Below, piece by piece: positions 62,304 through 64,000 of a stretch of DNA of 64,000 nucleotides. Origin of the DNA: Armatimonadota bacterium. Its GTDB lineage: Bacteria; Armatimonadota; Fimbriimonadia; Fimbriimonadales; GBS-DC. The number at the start of each line of letters is the position of its first letter. The first letter of the stretch is position 1. The notes beneath the pieces were generated by a model. The model was not told where the DNA came from, did no database searches, and saw nothing but the letters and a program-made list of their open reading frames with translations. The stretch covers positions 96,001 through 160,000 of the forward strand of contig JBBIJY010000001.1 of the NCBI GenBank assembly GCA_037445735.1, read 5' to 3'. Both the position numbers and the translations under genes were made by a program.

Positions 62304-63518
62304 GTGGCAACCCAGCTCAAGCGTCAATATTGGCGGTTCCAGCGCGTCAATTTCAGCGTCTGGATGGTCGTGCTGGCATCGATCGGATGGGGCGTGTTGC
62401 GCCATCTGCAGGGCACGCTCGACCTCACCCTCGCCCAGCTGATTACGCTCATCGTGCTGGCGATTCTGTCCGCATCTGCCCGCACATGGGTTGGCTTGCG
62501 CGACCCGCACATCATGTACTCGTTCACCATCCCGTTAGCCACTTACGATGTCCTGCTCATCTCGGTTGCGGTGGCGATGACGGGTAAGTACGCCAGCGAG
62601 GTGTGGCTGCTCTACTTTATGCTGCTGGTGTCCGAAGCCGCGGTGATGACCACGCCGATGCTGTTCGTGATGATCGGGCTGGCGGGGCTGGGCTACGCGC
62701 TGGCGTGCTATCCCCTGCCATCAGGATTATGGATCGACTTCGGCTATCGGGTGGCGTCGCTGGGGCTGCTCTCGTGGCTGATTCATCAGGTGCATCGCAC
62801 CCACTTAGAATACAGGGCGGAGCTGGCGGAGCTGCGCGAGCGCGTGGAACTCGGTCGCGAGCGCGAACGCATCGCGCGTGAGTTCCACGACGGGCTGGGC
62901 AGCACCCTCGTGCAGGTAATCCTGGGACTGGAGCGCGTCCGCCATGAGACCCGTTCGAACGAATCTGCCAGCCAGCAAGCCTGTCCCATCCAGGAACAGA
63001 TCCAGCTGCTGCGAGCGGCGCTGGACGAGACCCGCCTGATTATTCAGCAACTGTACGCCGATGAGCACCTCGATCTGTGCCAGCGCATCCAGCAGATGGG
63101 CAACCATGTGGCAGCGCGCCTGAATATCGAGTTCCAGTTCGAATGCCCGCAGCCGCTACCAGCGCTAAGCCCTTCACGAACGCTGACCATCGCCCGCGTG
63201 GTGCAGGAAGCACTTAACAACATCATCAGACATGCCGCAGGCGTGCGCACCGTGCGAATCACACTCGCGCAGCAGGATAAGCAGCTCGTCGGGCGAATCG
63301 AAGATGACGGCGAGGGCTTCGATGTCTCCAGAGCGCTGCTGGGGTTCGGTCTGCGCTCGATGCAGGAGCGCATCGAAAGCCTCGGCGGGCAGTTCACCAT
63401 CCAGAGCACGCCCGGCAGGGGCACCTGCATCGAGTTCAGCGTGCCCATCGAACCTGATGAAGAGGTGTCTGATGATGGAAATGCAAGAAAAGGTGCGCCT
63501 GATTATCGCGGAGGATGA
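62304..63518 (+). CDS. Membrane sensor histidine kinase (HisKA_3)
   Basis: ERERIAREFHD, QEALNN..RHA, DDGEGF, GFGL. Confidence 0.92.
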   Translation: MATQLKRQYWRFQRVNFSVWMVVLASIGWGVLRHLQGTLDLTLAQLITLIVLAILSASARTWVGLRDPHIMYSFTIPLATYDVLLISVAVAMTGKYASEVWLLYFMLLVSEAAVMTTPMLFVMIGLAGLGYALACYPLPSGLWIDFGYRVASLGLLSWLIHQVHRTHLEYRAELAELRERVELGRERERIAREFHDGLGSTLVQVILGLERVRHETRSNESASQQACPIQEQIQLLRAALDETRLIIQQLYADEHLDLCQRIQQMGNHVAARLNIEFQFECPQPLPALSPSRTLTIARVVQEALNNIIRHAAGVRTVRITLAQQDKQLVGRIEDDGEGFDVSRALLGFGLRSMQERIESLGGQFTIQSTPGRGTCIEFSVPIEPDEEVSDDGNARKGAPDYRGG

Positions 63519-64000
63519 AACGCAGCTGCGGGAGCATCTGAAGGCTATTTTGATGCGCCACGATTCGCTCGACCTGCTCGGCTCCGCTGCCGATGGCGAG
63601 CAGGCAGTCCAGCTCGCGATGCAGTTCGAGCCGCAGGTGGCGTTGATGGACATCCGAATGCCCCGTATGGACGGTATCGAGGCGACACGCCGCATCAAAA
63701 GCGCCCTGCCAAGCGTGCAGGTGGTCATCTGGACCATCTTCGGCGATGACCAGAATGTGTTCGAGGCGATCAAGGCGGGCGCGATTGGCTACCTGCTCAA
63801 AGACAGCCCGCCTGACACGATCGTGCAGAGCATCCTCAGCGCGGCGCATGGCGAATCGATCCTGCATCCGACCGTCGCGGCGCGAATCATTACCGAGTTC
63901 CAGCGCCAGCATGCCCAGATGCCCCAGGCTGCCCACCTGTTCGCGGAGCTAACCGCCCGCGAGCTGCAAATCCTGAAGATGATTGCTGCAGGGAAACGCA
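63472..64000 (+). CDS. NarL/LuxR-family response regulator (runs off the window end)
   Basis: Translated by hand: IIAEDE..LMDIRMP.MDG..GAIGYLLK..LTARELQIL. Confidence 0.9.
   Translation, partial: MMEMQEKVRLIIAEDETQLREHLKAILMRHDSLDLLGSAADGEQAVQLAMQFEPQVALMDIRMPRMDGIEATRRIKSALPSVQVVIWTIFGDDQNVFEAIKAGAIGYLLKDSPPDTIVQSILSAAHGESILHPTVAARIITEFQRQHAQMPQAAHLFAELTARELQILKMIAAGKR

Overview
GC-rich (about 60-65% by eye) bacterial chromosomal window, gene-dense and mostly housekeeping. Gene content is compatible with an Armatimonadota-like organism (inference only). It contains a tricorn-like S41 protease, pdhABC, pyrC, aspA, a PilHIG/Xap-like ABC+TPR operon, a carotenoid cluster (cruF-like, glycosyl- and acyltransferases, crtB, crtI), copA, infC-rpmI-rplT-pheST, valS, a lone nuoF, dnaK-dnaJ-hspR-tsaE, pilBC, ccmAB, glyS, a GH18-deacetylase-GT2 fusion, apgM, truB, nrnA, copZ and a two-component pair. 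No rRNA, tRNA, CRISPR array or transposase was seen. Main signals: (1) a BoxC-like CCCTCACCC/CCCTCTCCCCC-loop-GGGGGAGAGGG palindromic repeat with about 8 copies, four clearly in frame inside core proteins (PdhC, CopA, ValRS, TsaE) and probably a fifth in PheT; (2) an AT-rich two-gene cassette, a small DIPY-motif amino-methyltransferase plus an EVE-like/Zn-ribbon/PD-(D/E)xK nuclease; (3) a bipartite sigma28-like promoter shared by pilBC and the distant ABC-TPR operon; (4) widespread leaderless promoter geometry, an ATC start and long rpmI overlap for infC, a G7 frameshift in a beta-helix gene, and a HAIR-like operator in a 19-bp-spacer dnaK promoter.
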